A stretch of DNA of 64,000 nucleotides from an uncultured Terrimonas sp. (GTDB lineage: Bacteria > Bacteroidota > Bacteroidia > Chitinophagales > Chitinophagaceae): contig CAZRYS010000028.1 of assembly GCA_964604365.1 (NCBI GenBank), positions 3,032 through 67,031 of the forward strand, read 5' to 3'. Each line of letters begins with the position of its first letter. Within the stretch, counting starts at the first letter, position 1. A program made the translations under genes and the position numbers. This document shows, piece after piece, positions 52,202 to 63,629 of this stretch. Below the pieces are notes generated by a model, which was not told the DNA's origin, ran no database searches, and saw only the letters and a program-made list of their open reading frames with translations.

Positions 52202-52711
52202 TTAATTCTTCAACAACTTACCCGCATCAAAACGCAATGCTTCCAACACCACGGTATGCAGCGATGTTTTAGGGTCGCTATCCAACAATTCCAACACTTT
52301 TTTTGCCAGGTCTACACCAGTAGCATCCGCCGGCAGTAGCGCAGAAAGTTGATGTAAGATATAGATATTTTGCTCTTTTAAACTACTAATAGCCTGCCAG
52401 GCCTGTGAGGATACATATAATTGCTGCGAAAGATTATAATCATACTCCTGCTTAATGGTATCTACCAACAGATTTTGATATACAAATGCATTACCAGATG
52501 GTGTAACCCTATCGATCAGGTTTCGAAGGGAGATTCTTTCGGTAAGTATCACCAACCTCTCATAGGCCTGCAATTGCAGTGCCTTATCTGTGTCTGTTTT
52601 GTTGTCTTGCTTTTTTAATCCTTTGATGTCTTTTCGGTATACCAGCAGATAAGCACCAAATACGGATACAATGATGACGATAGCAAGAATAATGATGGAA
52701 GTATTATCCAT
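52202..52711 (-). CDS. Conserved hypothetical single-pass membrane protein
   Basis: N-terminal TM; LQLQAYERL, EYDYNLSQQLYVS. Confidence 0.8.
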   Translation of the reverse strand: MDNTSIIILAIVIIVSVFGAYLLVYRKDIKGLKKQDNKTDTDKALQLQAYERLVILTERISLRNLIDRVTPSGNAFVYQNLLVDTIKQEYDYNLSQQLYVSSQAWQAISSLKEQNIYILHQLSALLPADATGVDLAKKVLELLDSDPKTSLHTVVLEALRFDAGKLLKN

Positions 52712-52876
52712 TGATTTAAGTTTTCCTGTATAAACAAAAATAAGCCTATTGTGTTGTGTAGAAGCATTAAACTTTTGCCTTTAGCGGTTGTTCATTGAAA
52801 ATATTGGCTGAACAAATACGTTGTATAGTGGTTACCCGGTTTAACGGAATTATGTTGGAAAACTAAAATTGTTGTT

Positions 52877-53596
52877 TTGGCATTAGTGCGGTATTTCATA
52901 CAGTACCTGGGTGTTGACAAAACCAGCAGGTCTTTCTATAAGCAATTGTGCAATGTTCTGGGCTTTGCTCCTGGCGCGGTTATGCTATACAAAACGGCTC
53001 TAAGCCACCGATCGGTAAAGGAACAGGCAGAAGAGAACAACGAAAGAATGGAATATTTGGGAGATGCAATCCTGGGTGGCATTGTAGCAGATTATCTTTT
53101 TAAACGATACCCGTATAAGGACGAAGGGTTTCTTACGGAAATGAGGAGTAAAATGGTCAATCGCCAAACCCTAAACGATATTGCCATAAAAATGGGACTT
53201 AAGAAGATTACATTTTATAATAAAAATGACGGATCCCTGAAAGCCAGTCAAATTTTTGGCAATACACTCGAAGCTCTAGTAGGCGCTGTCTATATGGACA
53301 AAGGCTTCAACACCGCTAAACAGTGGGTTTTCAAACGGATGATTACACCTTATATGTTTGTGGATGACCTGGAAGCCCTGGAAATAAACCATAAAAACAA
53401 ACTATATGGGTGGGCAAACAAAAATGGAAAAAATCTTGAGTTTGAAACTCTGGAAGAAAAGTTTGAAAAAGGCAGGCGACTATTTACCATTGGTGCAATG
53501 GTAGATGGGGAATTAATTGCGGAAGGAAAAGCATACAATAAAAAGGACGCCAGTCAGATCGCCTCACAAATAGCAGTAGAAAAAATAGGGCTATAA
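52877..53596 (+). CDS. rnc: Ribonuclease III
   Basis: ALSHRS, NERMEYLGDAILG, GNTLEALVGAVYMD, C-terminal dsRBD. Confidence 0.96.
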   Translation: MALVRYFIQYLGVDKTSRSFYKQLCNVLGFAPGAVMLYKTALSHRSVKEQAEENNERMEYLGDAILGGIVADYLFKRYPYKDEGFLTEMRSKMVNRQTLNDIAIKMGLKKITFYNKNDGSLKASQIFGNTLEALVGAVYMDKGFNTAKQWVFKRMITPYMFVDDLEALEINHKNKLYGWANKNGKNLEFETLEEKFEKGRRLFTIGAMVDGELIAEGKAYNKKDASQIASQIAVEKIGL

Positions 53597-53603
53597 CTTC
53601 GAA

Positions 53604-53822
53604 TTATTCCTTGATAGGATTTCTTTTCCGGCTCCAGATAAGATTTTTAATGTTTACCCAGAAGGCAATAAACATGTAGACTACAATAGGAGACCCCATT
53701 GTAAGCAGCGAGATATAGATAAAATGTTTCCGAATGGTGGTGGTTGCTATTCCGATTTTATCACCTATATAAGAGCATACGCCAAACACCTGCCATTCTA
53801 TAAAGTGCTTGAATCGATTCAT
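53604..53822 (-). CDS. PspC-domain protein
   Basis: FGVCSYIGDKIGI...RKHFIY...GSPIVVYM. Confidence 0.82.
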   Translation of the reverse strand: MNRFKHFIEWQVFGVCSYIGDKIGIATTTIRKHFIYISLLTMGSPIVVYMFIAFWVNIKNLIWSRKRNPIKE

Positions 53823-53982
53823 ATTGCGAAATTATAGAAATTAATAACGGTATTAACACCAGCTTGTTATGAAAACTGCAATTTTTCGATAAATTTGGAT
53901 AACTTTTTAGAAGTTGGGTGAAAAACCCCTCCACTACACGGGATAGTTGACAGAAGTCAATAAAAATTTAAATCAAAATACT

Positions 53983-56250
53983 ATGGTATTCGATCTCGAC
54001 CTCATTAAAAAAACCTACAGTGGCATGGCTGCTAAGATAGAAGCAGCCCGCAAGCTCACCGGCACACCTCTTACACTGGCAGAAAAAATACTATACGCTC
54101 ACCTATATGTACCCGCCAACCGGGCGTATGAAAGAGGTAAAGACTATGTAGACTTTGCCCCAGACCGTGTAGCCATGCAGGATGCCACTGCACAAATGGC
54201 CTTACTACAATTCATGACGGCCGGTAGAACCAAGGTAGCTGTTCCTTCTACAGTGCACTGCGATCACCTGATACAGGCTAAAGTAGGCGCTGAACAGGAT
54301 CTGGCAACTGCCCTGGACGTAAATAAAGAAGTGTACGACTTCCTGGCTTCTATTTCCAACAAATATGGAATTGGCTTCTGGCGTGCCGGTGCCGGTATTA
54401 TTCACCAGGTGGTATTAGAAAATTATGCTTTTCCCGGGGGAATGATGATTGGTACAGACTCACATACTCCTAATGCCGGTGGTTTGGGAATGGTGGCAAT
54501 TGGTGTAGGCGGGGCCGATGCGGTGGATGTAATGGCAGGATTAGCCTGGGAACTAAAAATGCCGAAACTAATTGGTGTAAAACTAACAGGGAAGTTAAGT
54601 GGCTGGACTTCGGCAAAAGATGTTATACTGAAAGTGGCGGGTATCCTTACGGTAAAAGGGGGCACAGGTGCAATTGTGGAATATTTTGGAGACGGAGCGG
54701 ATAGCCTGAGCGCAACCGGAAAAGGCACCATTTGTAATATGGGGGCTGAAATAGGTGCTACTTGTTCATTATTTGCCTACGACGAAAGGATGGCGGCTTA
54801 TCTGAAAGCAACCGGGCGTGCTGAAGTGGCTGCCCTGGCCGACGGAATTAGAGAACATCTGCGGCCAGATGCTGAAGTGTATGCCAACCCCGACAAATAT
54901 TACGACCAACTGATCGAAATAAACCTGGATGAACTGGAACCTTATGTGAACGGACCTTTTACGCCGGATTTGGCGTGGCCGATAAGTAAATTTGCAGAGG
55001 CGGTAAAAGCCAACGAATGGCCGGAAAAATTAGAAGTAGCGTTGATTGGTTCCTGCACCAATTCTTCTTATGAAGATATCAGCCGGTCGGCCTCCCTGGC
55101 AAAACAAGCCATCGACAAGAAACTAAAAACGAAAGCCGAATTTACCATCACACCAGGTAGTGAGGTCGTAAGGTTTACCATTGAAAAAGACGGGTTTCTT
55201 GATACATTCGATCAGATTGGTGGTGTAGTATTGGCAAATGCCTGCGGACCCTGCATTGGTCAATGGGCCCGTCATATAGATGATCCCAACCGCAAAAACT
55301 CTATCATAACTTCTTTCAACAGAAATTTTGCAAAACGCAATGACGGTTTGGCCAGCACGCATGCCTTTGTGGCTTCACCAGAGATTGTTACAGCATTTGC
55401 TATTGCGGGTGACCTGACTTTTAACCCGCTAAAAGACAAACTGAAAAACGAAAATGGGGAAGAGGTGATGCTGGACGAACCAACAGGTGTGGAGCTGCCG
55501 CCGAGGGGCTTCTCTGTTGATGATCCGGGTTACCAGGCACCAGCAGAGGATGGAAGCAAGGTAGAAGTAATTGTTAGTCCTACTTCGCAGCGTTTGCAAT
55601 TGCTCACGCCATTCACCCCCTGGGAAGGCACTGACCTGAAAGGACTGAAGCTGCTGATAAAAGCAAAAGGAAAATGTACAACCGATCATATTTCGATGGC
55701 AGGACCCTGGTTGAAATTTCGAGGACACCTTGATAATATCAGCAATAACATGTTGATTGGAGCGATCAATTTTTACAACGAAAAAACGGATACTGTTAAA
55801 AATCAATTGACCAGTGACTACGGACCCGTACCGGCAACAGCACGGGCTTACAAGGCAGCGGGGATAGGGAGTGTGGTAGTAGGCGATGAGAACTATGGGG
55901 AGGGGTCTTCCAGAGAACATGCAGCCATGGAACCCCGTCACCTGGGTGTAAGGGCCATTCTGGTAAGGAGTTTCGCCCGTATTCACGAAACAAATCTGAA
56001 AAAACAGGGAATGTTGGCACTCACTTTTGACAATAAAGAAGATTATGATAAAATACAGGAAGACGACACCATCGATATTCTGGGTTTGACAACTTTTACA
56101 CCTGGTGTATCACTGACGGTAGTACTTCATCACAAAGATGGCAGTTTAGATGAGATTACTGTAAATCACACTTACAATGAACAACAGATCCAATGGTTTA
56201 AAGAAGGAGGGGCGTTGAATCTGATCAGAAAACAATTTTCCCAACCATAA
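53983..56250 (+). CDS. acnA: Aconitate hydratase (mitochondrial-like type)
   Basis: [47 protein letters not shown]. Confidence 0.95.
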   Translation: MVFDLDLIKKTYSGMAAKIEAARKLTGTPLTLAEKILYAHLYVPANRAYERGKDYVDFAPDRVAMQDATAQMALLQFMTAGRTKVAVPSTVHCDHLIQAKVGAEQDLATALDVNKEVYDFLASISNKYGIGFWRAGAGIIHQVVLENYAFPGGMMIGTDSHTPNAGGLGMVAIGVGGADAVDVMAGLAWELKMPKLIGVKLTGKLSGWTSAKDVILKVAGILTVKGGTGAIVEYFGDGADSLSATGKGTICNMGAEIGATCSLFAYDERMAAYLKATGRAEVAALADGIREHLRPDAEVYANPDKYYDQLIEINLDELEPYVNGPFTPDLAWPISKFAEAVKANEWPEKLEVALIGSCTNSSYEDISRSASLAKQAIDKKLKTKAEFTITPGSEVVRFTIEKDGFLDTFDQIGGVVLANACGPCIGQWARHIDDPNRKNSIITSFNRNFAKRNDGLASTHAFVASPEIVTAFAIAGDLTFNPLKDKLKNENGEEVMLDEPTGVELPPRGFSVDDPGYQAPAEDGSKVEVIVSPTSQRLQLLTPFTPWEGTDLKGLKLLIKAKGKCTTDHISMAGPWLKFRGHLDNISNNMLIGAINFYNEKTDTVKNQLTSDYGPVPATARAYKAAGIGSVVVGDENYGEGSSREHAAMEPRHLGVRAILVRSFARIHETNLKKQGMLALTFDNKEDYDKIQEDDTIDILGLTTFTPGVSLTVVLHHKDGSLDEITVNHTYNEQQIQWFKEGGALNLIRKQFSQP

Positions 56251-56270
56251 AGAAAGCATCAAAATTGTTT

Positions 56271-56298
56271 AAGAGGTGCAATTTCGGTTGCACCTCTT
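56271..56298 (+). terminator. Intrinsic terminator after aconitase
   Basis: aagaggtgcaa-tttcgg-ttgcacctctt. Confidence 0.8.
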
Positions 56299-56522
56299 TG
56301 TTATATGACCCACCTCTTTAATATTTATCGAAGACCTTCTGTAAGATATTTCACCAACAGCCGTTTTTTGTAGTCATTGATATATTTCGTCGAATACATT
56401 TTATTTTCAGCAGTGTTCAACACTAAAATTTTTTCGTGCTTTTGCCATAAAAACTTGTAAATATTAAAACAAAAATTTGTCTAATATTGTGTTGCAAGCA
56501 ACTAACCTAGAAATTGACAACA

Positions 56523-57329
56523 ATGCCAGATGTAATTAAAAATCATAATGATACAGAGTCGGGTACTTCAAAGTCTACACCCGAACGCAGCCTCAAAGTG
56601 TGGCAATTTATTATTTTGGTAGTGCTGTATCTCGCCATTGTACAAGGGGTGGCCGCTGTTTTAAATACCGGGTACGAAGCATCAAATGCTCTAACTTCAA
56701 TAGAGAACATCATTCGCTCAGTAATAATACCGGTTGGTCTGGCTAGCGCATTCACACTTGCTATGGTGAGCTACCTCGGTGCCTGGAAAGAAGTTTTTAC
56801 GAACCCTCTGCCGGTCAGGCGTTGGCTGATAGCCATTCCAGTTATACTTTTCATTACAACTGCTGTCATTACCAATTACCCGGGACTTAGTGATAAAGGT
56901 CTCGAATTCTCCCTTCTTTTACTTGTCGGTACTCTTATGGTTGGTTTTGGTGAAGAGCTGATGTTTCGTGGATTGGGTATCGTGGCTTTTCGAAACAGTG
57001 GCTACAGTGAGTTTAAAGTTGGCTTGTGGACGACACTTATTTTTGCCCTGGCTCATGCCACCAATATCTTTACAGCAGGTCCATCAGCGCTTATCCAGGT
57101 TTTGGCAACGGCAGGAACAGGGCTCATATTTTATTTTATCTTACGAAGTACGGGCGTTTTGTTTGTAGCCATGGCCGCACATGGGTTGTGGGACTTCTCT
57201 GTACTAAGTAGTCAGATCAATCTTGATAAGCCATGGCCACTTGTAAATGCATCTGCTTTTGTGTTGATAAGCATGCTTATAGGGTTATTCATTTTGCGCA
57301 AACGAATTGTTCCCGCTCAAAAACCTTAA
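56523..57329 (+). CDS. CPBP/CAAX-family intramembrane metalloprotease
   Basis: GFGEELMFRG, FALAH, AHGLWDF. Confidence 0.9.
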   Translation: MPDVIKNHNDTESGTSKSTPERSLKVWQFIILVVLYLAIVQGVAAVLNTGYEASNALTSIENIIRSVIIPVGLASAFTLAMVSYLGAWKEVFTNPLPVRRWLIAIPVILFITTAVITNYPGLSDKGLEFSLLLLVGTLMVGFGEELMFRGLGIVAFRNSGYSEFKVGLWTTLIFALAHATNIFTAGPSALIQVLATAGTGLIFYFILRSTGVLFVAMAAHGLWDFSVLSSQINLDKPWPLVNASAFVLISMLIGLFILRKRIVPAQKP

Positions 57330-57859
57330 ACCCTACAAGTTTAGTTTAAGCGCCTGCGTGCGAATGATCGACGGTGCTGAGGCGGTTAGAATACGACGCT
57401 TTCTATTTTACCATCGTCAATTTAGCCCATGTTAGGCTTTAGGACGGTTATGCCAGGACTTCAATTCATTCTCTTATTTTTTCGATTCCTTTCGTTTTTG
57501 GGCTTTCAGTGTTGGCAACTATATATCGTCTCGGCTTGTATATGTGATATCTGTAGTACCACTTTTTGGATTCCATAGAAGATTCAAATTCCATCAGGCG
57601 TCCCTAAAGGACCTGCCTCTCTTCCCATTAGTATCTATTGATCAATTGTCCCTATTGGGGCAGCAGGGAGGTATATATGGTTGGACCGTGTCGCATAGGG
57701 GCTTTTTGTTTGTAGAGGATATCAATGGTGTCAATGCGTCCCGTGGGAATGCCTGGTTAAACCCCATATTACGCTTTAGAATTACGTAGTGGACCGCCAG
57801 GTGTTACAACCGGCCGGCGTCCTCACCAGCCGTCGAAAAAAGTCAAACGGTAAAACTCG

Positions 57860-58167
57860 CACTTGTAAATTTATTTAATCAGCAGTTTATCTGGTTGATG
57901 GTACAGAAAGGGCACGAAAGGATTGGTAAACCGATCGCTCCTTATAACTGTCATTTCCTGCGTCATTTGGTGCCAATGCGAATATGGGATTAAGAGAAAA
58001 ACGTAAAGACGCTTAGAAACCTTGGTCAGGCGAATTTGATCAAGAATTGACAGAAATGTATTGCAAAGGCGTGAGCGTTTGCGACTTAACCAATCACTTC
58101 GGAGGGACTAACGGTGTTATTCATTCGCAAATTAAAAAAGCTTGAACCTGAAGAATAGTATGGCTGA
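57860..58167 (+). pseudogene. Degraded small helix-turn-helix-like hypothetical gene (5' limit uncertain)
   Basis: ...REKRKDA*KPWSGEFDQELTEMYCKGVSVCDLTNHFGGTNGVIHSQIKK[fs]LEPEE*YG*; in-frame TAG 58014-58016 and an extra A in the run 58134-58139. Confidence 0.55.
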
Positions 58168-58232
58168 CAAAACTGGCTTAGTTGCTTCGGTGCACTAAGT
58201 CATCTGACAGCAGTATGGGCGGTAATGGTCTG

Positions 58233-58586
58233 TTACTTGGATACCTGAAACTTTCCTGACTCCAGGATCTTTCCAAATTTATCGCGTAGTTGAAAAATGT
58301 AAACGCCCCTGTTGAAGTTGTCTAAGGCAACCTGGTTGGTGGCAGATACATTTTTTATTTCGTACACTTTCTTTCCAAGGAAATTGTAGATCTCGAAACT
58401 GTAAGACCTGTCATAGCCATGTTGAAATTCGAAATTGATGGTAGTGGTAGCCGGGTTAGGGTAGAACTTGATAAACTTAACAGTGCCATCTCTTGTTGGC
58501 ACAAGCGGACCTTTTTCCTGAGCCTGAACTCCTGAAAAATGCACAAGGCTGCCAATAAGTAAAAGCAATGTAAATTTTTTCACCAT
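58233..58586 (-). CDS. Secreted protein consisting of a T9SS type-A C-terminal sorting domain
   Basis: Signal peptide to VQAQ, then FYPNP...IYNFLGK...GVYIFQL...KFQVSK. Confidence 0.85.
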   Translation of the reverse strand: MVKKFTLLLLIGSLVHFSGVQAQEKGPLVPTRDGTVKFIKFYPNPATTTINFEFQHGYDRSYSFEIYNFLGKKVYEIKNVSATNQVALDNFNRGVYIFQLRDKFGKILESGKFQVSK

Positions 58587-58827
58587 GTAAATTTATAACA
58601 TTCCGTGTAGAGAACGGTAAATTGACCCACAAAGTATACCTAACAATGTAGAAAAATGATAATTTGTAAAGATTACCAATATCTTATGCTAAGGTTTGGC
58701 TATCCTGTATCGAGGAAACCTTCAATTTTCTCAAAAGTATTACCCTTTTTTTGTAGCAAGAATTTAAAGCCTTTTCTTTGCAAGGCAGGATTTCTTGTAT
58801 ATTCTGTTGTTTTAATGTGTAAAATAA

Positions 58828-60138
<1,311 letters not shown>

Positions 60139-60153
60139 TCCAAGGAATTATAT

Positions 60154-60447
60154 ATGATGAAAAAAATACCAGCCTGGCTAAAAAGCAAATACATGATTGC
60201 AGCAATTGCATTTATGGTTTGGCTGGTATTTTTTGATCATAACGACTTGTTTACGCAAATAGAAAGAACCCAGGAGCTGAAACACCTGGAAAGCGGAAAA
60301 AGATATTACTCAGAACAAATAGAAAATATTAAGGTGGAATTATCTGCCTTGGAAAATGATTCTTTGTCTTTGGAAAAGGTAGCCAGGGAGAAATATATGA
60401 TGAAAAAAGACAATGAAGATTTGTTTATCATAAAAGAAAAAAAATAG
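60154..60447 (+). CDS. ftsB: Septum formation initiator (FtsB/DivIC family)
   Basis: TM + coiled coil, LEKVAREKYMMKK; follows eno. Confidence 0.85.
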   Translation: MMKKIPAWLKSKYMIAAIAFMVWLVFFDHNDLFTQIERTQELKHLESGKRYYSEQIENIKVELSALENDSLSLEKVAREKYMMKKDNEDLFIIKEKK

Positions 60448-60594
60448 TTGCTCCCGGCAATAAAGCAGCCTGCCTCCCGTTTATTATGGCAAGTTTCATT
60501 CCCCTTCACCCGTTGATGAACGCCGTATAGTCCACAATATCCTCAAACCAATTTTTAATCACTGAATTGATTTTCAATTCAAAACGGACGGAAT

Positions 60595-60828
60595 ATGGAT
60601 ATCTACAAACATGAATTAATGATCAGGTTTCTTTATAAAGAAACAACACCGGAAGAAACTTCGGCCATTCAAAATGCATTAGATACAGATTGGTCTATGC
60701 GTGAAAAGTTTGAGTCGTTGAAAGGTACAATGGAGGGATTAGATAAAATTAAATTTGCTCCCCGCGAATCAGTGGTGCAATCACTCCTCAACTATGCCGG
60801 TTTGGGCAATGAAGTTGAGCAGCATTAA
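60595..60828 (+). CDS. Small hypothetical protein
   Basis: 77-aa ORF with ATG in an AT-rich context; helical composition. Confidence 0.7.
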   Translation: MDIYKHELMIRFLYKETTPEETSAIQNALDTDWSMREKFESLKGTMEGLDKIKFAPRESVVQSLLNYAGLGNEVEQH

Positions 60829-60836
60829 CATTACTA

Positions 60837-61946
60837 TTATCGTTCAGGCATTTTAGATTCTATAGATTTTACCAGATCATTTACAAATATCCTGTATAGA
60901 TTCGGGGTTTTTAGTTTGTTAAAATGATAAGGAAAGGTCGTTGCTTCTCTCAATACGAAATTCAATTGAAAGTTATTTTCACTTACGCAATACAGTATGT
61001 TGTTGTGGTGTAGCTGTTGGGCAAGGTATTCCTGTTCCGGCTGACCGGGTGTGGGCACCAAAATAGCTTTTTTTTGTAATGCAATCAGATCCATCACAGA
61101 TGTATAACCGCTTCGGCATATGATCATTTCCGCGGCGGTTAGTGCATCATTGAGTTCGGGAGATGTCATCAGGTCAACTACCATTAGGTTAGATACTTTT
61201 ACCGGCGGGGCTTTTGTCGTTCCTCTAACCAGCAATGCTGTGCCATCAAAATGGCTGAGATCAGCTAATAATTTTCGCTCGAAATCAGAACGTGCCGGCT
61301 CTGGCCCGGACAATACTATTACCAGGTTGTAACCGGGTTTTACGCTCCGCTTTTCAAAGCGTGATAAAGTACCGATGTACCGGCAATTGGCGGGTATTTT
61401 AGCTGGATGAGACAAATGGCCGGCTAAACTGTCATCTCCCTCAAAATCCGGGATCCAGCAGGCATCAAATTTTTTGATAAAGCGCTGATTCAGGGAAGTT
61501 GCTATTCTGTCAAACAGGGAACCCAGGCCGGTTTTTATACCCAGTTGGTGTGAAATGAATACGGTGTGCGCTTTGCTCGTATATAAACCAAATCGGTTAT
61601 CGCTGATTACTAAATCCATCGGTTGCTTTTCAATAAACTTCTGCAGCCATCTGTTTTCTCGGTAAACGGCGCTGATGATCTTAGGAAGCTGGGCCAGGAT
61701 TTTTAAGCTAAACTTTTTTTTTGCCCTTTGATAACTTACGTTATAACCGGATAATGACACGGTGGAAAGAGCCGGAAATTCTTTCCGGAGTAATAACAGC
61801 GTATCTCCCTCGCCGGCAAGCCATACCTGGCAGCCATTCTTAAGTAATTGATTTACAATTGGTATACACCTGCTTGCATGCCCCATTCCCCAATCGAGCG
61901 GGGCAATTAGTACCTTGATTTTTTTAAATGATTGTGTGGATTCCAA
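60837..61946 (-). CDS. Glycosyltransferase (GT28 C-terminal-like)
   Basis: LDWGMGHASRC, ISDNRFG, RSGYTSVMDL, PTPGQPEQEYLA. Confidence 0.88.
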   Translation of the reverse strand: MESTQSFKKIKVLIAPLDWGMGHASRCIPIVNQLLKNGCQVWLAGEGDTLLLLRKEFPALSTVSLSGYNVSYQRAKKKFSLKILAQLPKIISAVYRENRWLQKFIEKQPMDLVISDNRFGLYTSKAHTVFISHQLGIKTGLGSLFDRIATSLNQRFIKKFDACWIPDFEGDDSLAGHLSHPAKIPANCRYIGTLSRFEKRSVKPGYNLVIVLSGPEPARSDFERKLLADLSHFDGTALLVRGTTKAPPVKVSNLMVVDLMTSPELNDALTAAEMIICRSGYTSVMDLIALQKKAILVPTPGQPEQEYLAQQLHHNNILYCVSENNFQLNFVLREATTFPYHFNKLKTPNLYRIFVNDLVKSIESKMPER

Positions 61947-62021
61947 ATGGGATGACGTAAGTTAATATTTGAAAACATTGTAAGCTAATACAATAAAATA
62001 GTATTAAATTGGTTTAAATTT

Positions 62022-62159
62022 ATGACTATGAGAAATCGAGGTTTTACGGTGTTAGTGTTGTTGGGACTTTTGATTGCAACAGCCTCAGGTTGTTCGGTTT
62101 TAAAAGGCAACAAAAAAGACTGCGGATGCCCTAGTAAAAAGGGGATGGTGGGTTACTAA
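62022..62159 (+). CDS. 45-aa Cys-rich lipoprotein
   Basis: Hand translation MTMRNRGFTVLVLLGLLIATASG-CSVLKGNKKDCGCPSKKGMVGY*. Confidence 0.7.
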   Translation: MTMRNRGFTVLVLLGLLIATASGCSVLKGNKKDCGCPSKKGMVGY

Positions 62160-62219
62160 CAGTTGAGTTGAGTAGTTAATAGCAATTATCCTATTTAAAG
62201 ACATTAAAATCCTATATAA

Positions 62220-62468
62220 ATGAAAACGTCAAACCGTGATTTGCTTGTGTTACTGAAAGACGAATCTATGAGTGATCAAGCCATCGAGCAAGAAGTAGAG
62301 CAACTAAATGATCTACTCTACATTACCGAATCTGTAGATAGTTTTTGTGTAGCTAATGAACTTTTCGATCTTGAAAAATTTAAGATTCACAGAGATCAGA
62401 AAACACTTGTTTCCATTATGCACCAGGATGAGCTGAAGCCTTTTGCCTTCCTGTTTAACAAAAATTAA
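62220..62468 (+). CDS. Small acidic hypothetical protein
   Basis: 82-aa ORF, MKTSNRDLLVLLKDE...PFAFLFNKN. Confidence 0.75.
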   Translation: MKTSNRDLLVLLKDESMSDQAIEQEVEQLNDLLYITESVDSFCVANELFDLEKFKIHRDQKTLVSIMHQDELKPFAFLFNKN

Positions 62469-62487
62469 TTTCAATCACTTCTAATAG

Positions 62488-62516
62488 TCTACCGGTTGTC
62501 GATAGCAGCCGGTAGA
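62488..62516. terminator. Hairpin between the convergent hypothetical gene and gpsA
   Basis: tctaccggttg...cagccggtaga. Confidence 0.6.
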
Positions 62517-62526
62517 GATTTTATAC

Positions 62527-63561
62527 TTACACCAAAGTTTCCTCGATTCTTTTCAGTCCCTTTGCAACCGGCAAATTCTTCCATAGTATTTCGTATACCG
62601 TTTCTGCAATGGGCATTTCTGCCTGCACTTCCTTATTCAAAGAAAATATGCTCCTGCTGGCGTTATATCCTTCTGCCACCATTTTCATTTCTACCTGCGT
62701 CGATTGAACAGAATGTCCTTTGCCTATCATCGCCCCGAAAGTACGATTACGACTAAAAAGAGAATAGCAGGTCACCAACAGATCGCCGAGATACACCGAG
62801 GCGGCATAATTAGGCGATTTTTTCTGATGTACTTTTTTGGCAGTATGAGTGCCCACTTTTATATTCCGGATGCCCACTTTTCGCAGAAAAACAGCCATTT
62901 CATCTGCAGCATTGGCAATTAATACGCTCTGAAAATTATCACCATACCCTTTTCCTAAGGCAATGCCCGACGCCACGGCATAAATGTTTTTTAGTATGGC
63001 GGCATACTGAACTCCGTACACGTCCGTATTAATGATGGTGTTTATGTAAGGAGTTTTAAAACTGTCAGCAATCTTTTCAATATCACTTCTATGCATACCC
63101 GAAAAGGTAAGATAAGACAACCGCTCTGCTGCTACTTCTTCCGCATGACAGGGACCCATGATGGTGAAATATTGATCACCGCTAAACTCATATTTCTGAC
63201 TAAGAAAGTCGTTGAACAACATGTTTTGTTGTGGAAGGATTCCCTTAACCGCAGAAATAATTTTTTTATTGACAAGGTGTTTGGCTCGTAGTCCTTCAAA
63301 AGTTTTGGCTACATAGGCAGAGGGAGTAGCAACTATCACACCGTCCGTCTGTTCTATAAACGAATTTCTATCCGTGAAAAGGCTAAGTAACTTTGTGTTG
63401 AACGAAACTGAAGTGAGATACGCAGGGTTATGTCCCCGTTTGCTGATGTGTCTGGCTTTGTCTTCTCCACGTACCAGCCAGTTAACATGAAGCCCCGCAT
63501 CAGTTAGTATTTTTGTGAGTGCTGTTCCCCATGTGCCGCTGCCTATAATTCCAAATTGCAT
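62527..63561 (-). CDS. gpsA: NAD(P)H-dependent glycerol-3-phosphate dehydrogenase
   Basis: GIIGSGTWGTAL, GPCHAEEV, LKNIYAV, GDLLVTCYS..SRNR. Confidence 0.96.
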   Translation of the reverse strand: MQFGIIGSGTWGTALTKILTDAGLHVNWLVRGEDKARHISKRGHNPAYLTSVSFNTKLLSLFTDRNSFIEQTDGVIVATPSAYVAKTFEGLRAKHLVNKKIISAVKGILPQQNMLFNDFLSQKYEFSGDQYFTIMGPCHAEEVAAERLSYLTFSGMHRSDIEKIADSFKTPYINTIINTDVYGVQYAAILKNIYAVASGIALGKGYGDNFQSVLIANAADEMAVFLRKVGIRNIKVGTHTAKKVHQKKSPNYAASVYLGDLLVTCYSLFSRNRTFGAMIGKGHSVQSTQVEMKMVAEGYNASRSIFSLNKEVQAEMPIAETVYEILWKNLPVAKGLKRIEETLV

Positions 63562-63596
63562 AATCACATATTGTTGAAACACAAAACTACCATTAA

Positions 63597-63627
63597 AAAA
63601 GCCGGAAACATCATGTTTCCGGCTTTT
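63597..63627 (-). terminator. Intrinsic terminator after the RND adaptor gene
   Basis: aaaagccggaaaca-tca-tgtttccggctttt. Confidence 0.8.
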
Positions 63628-63629
63628 GG

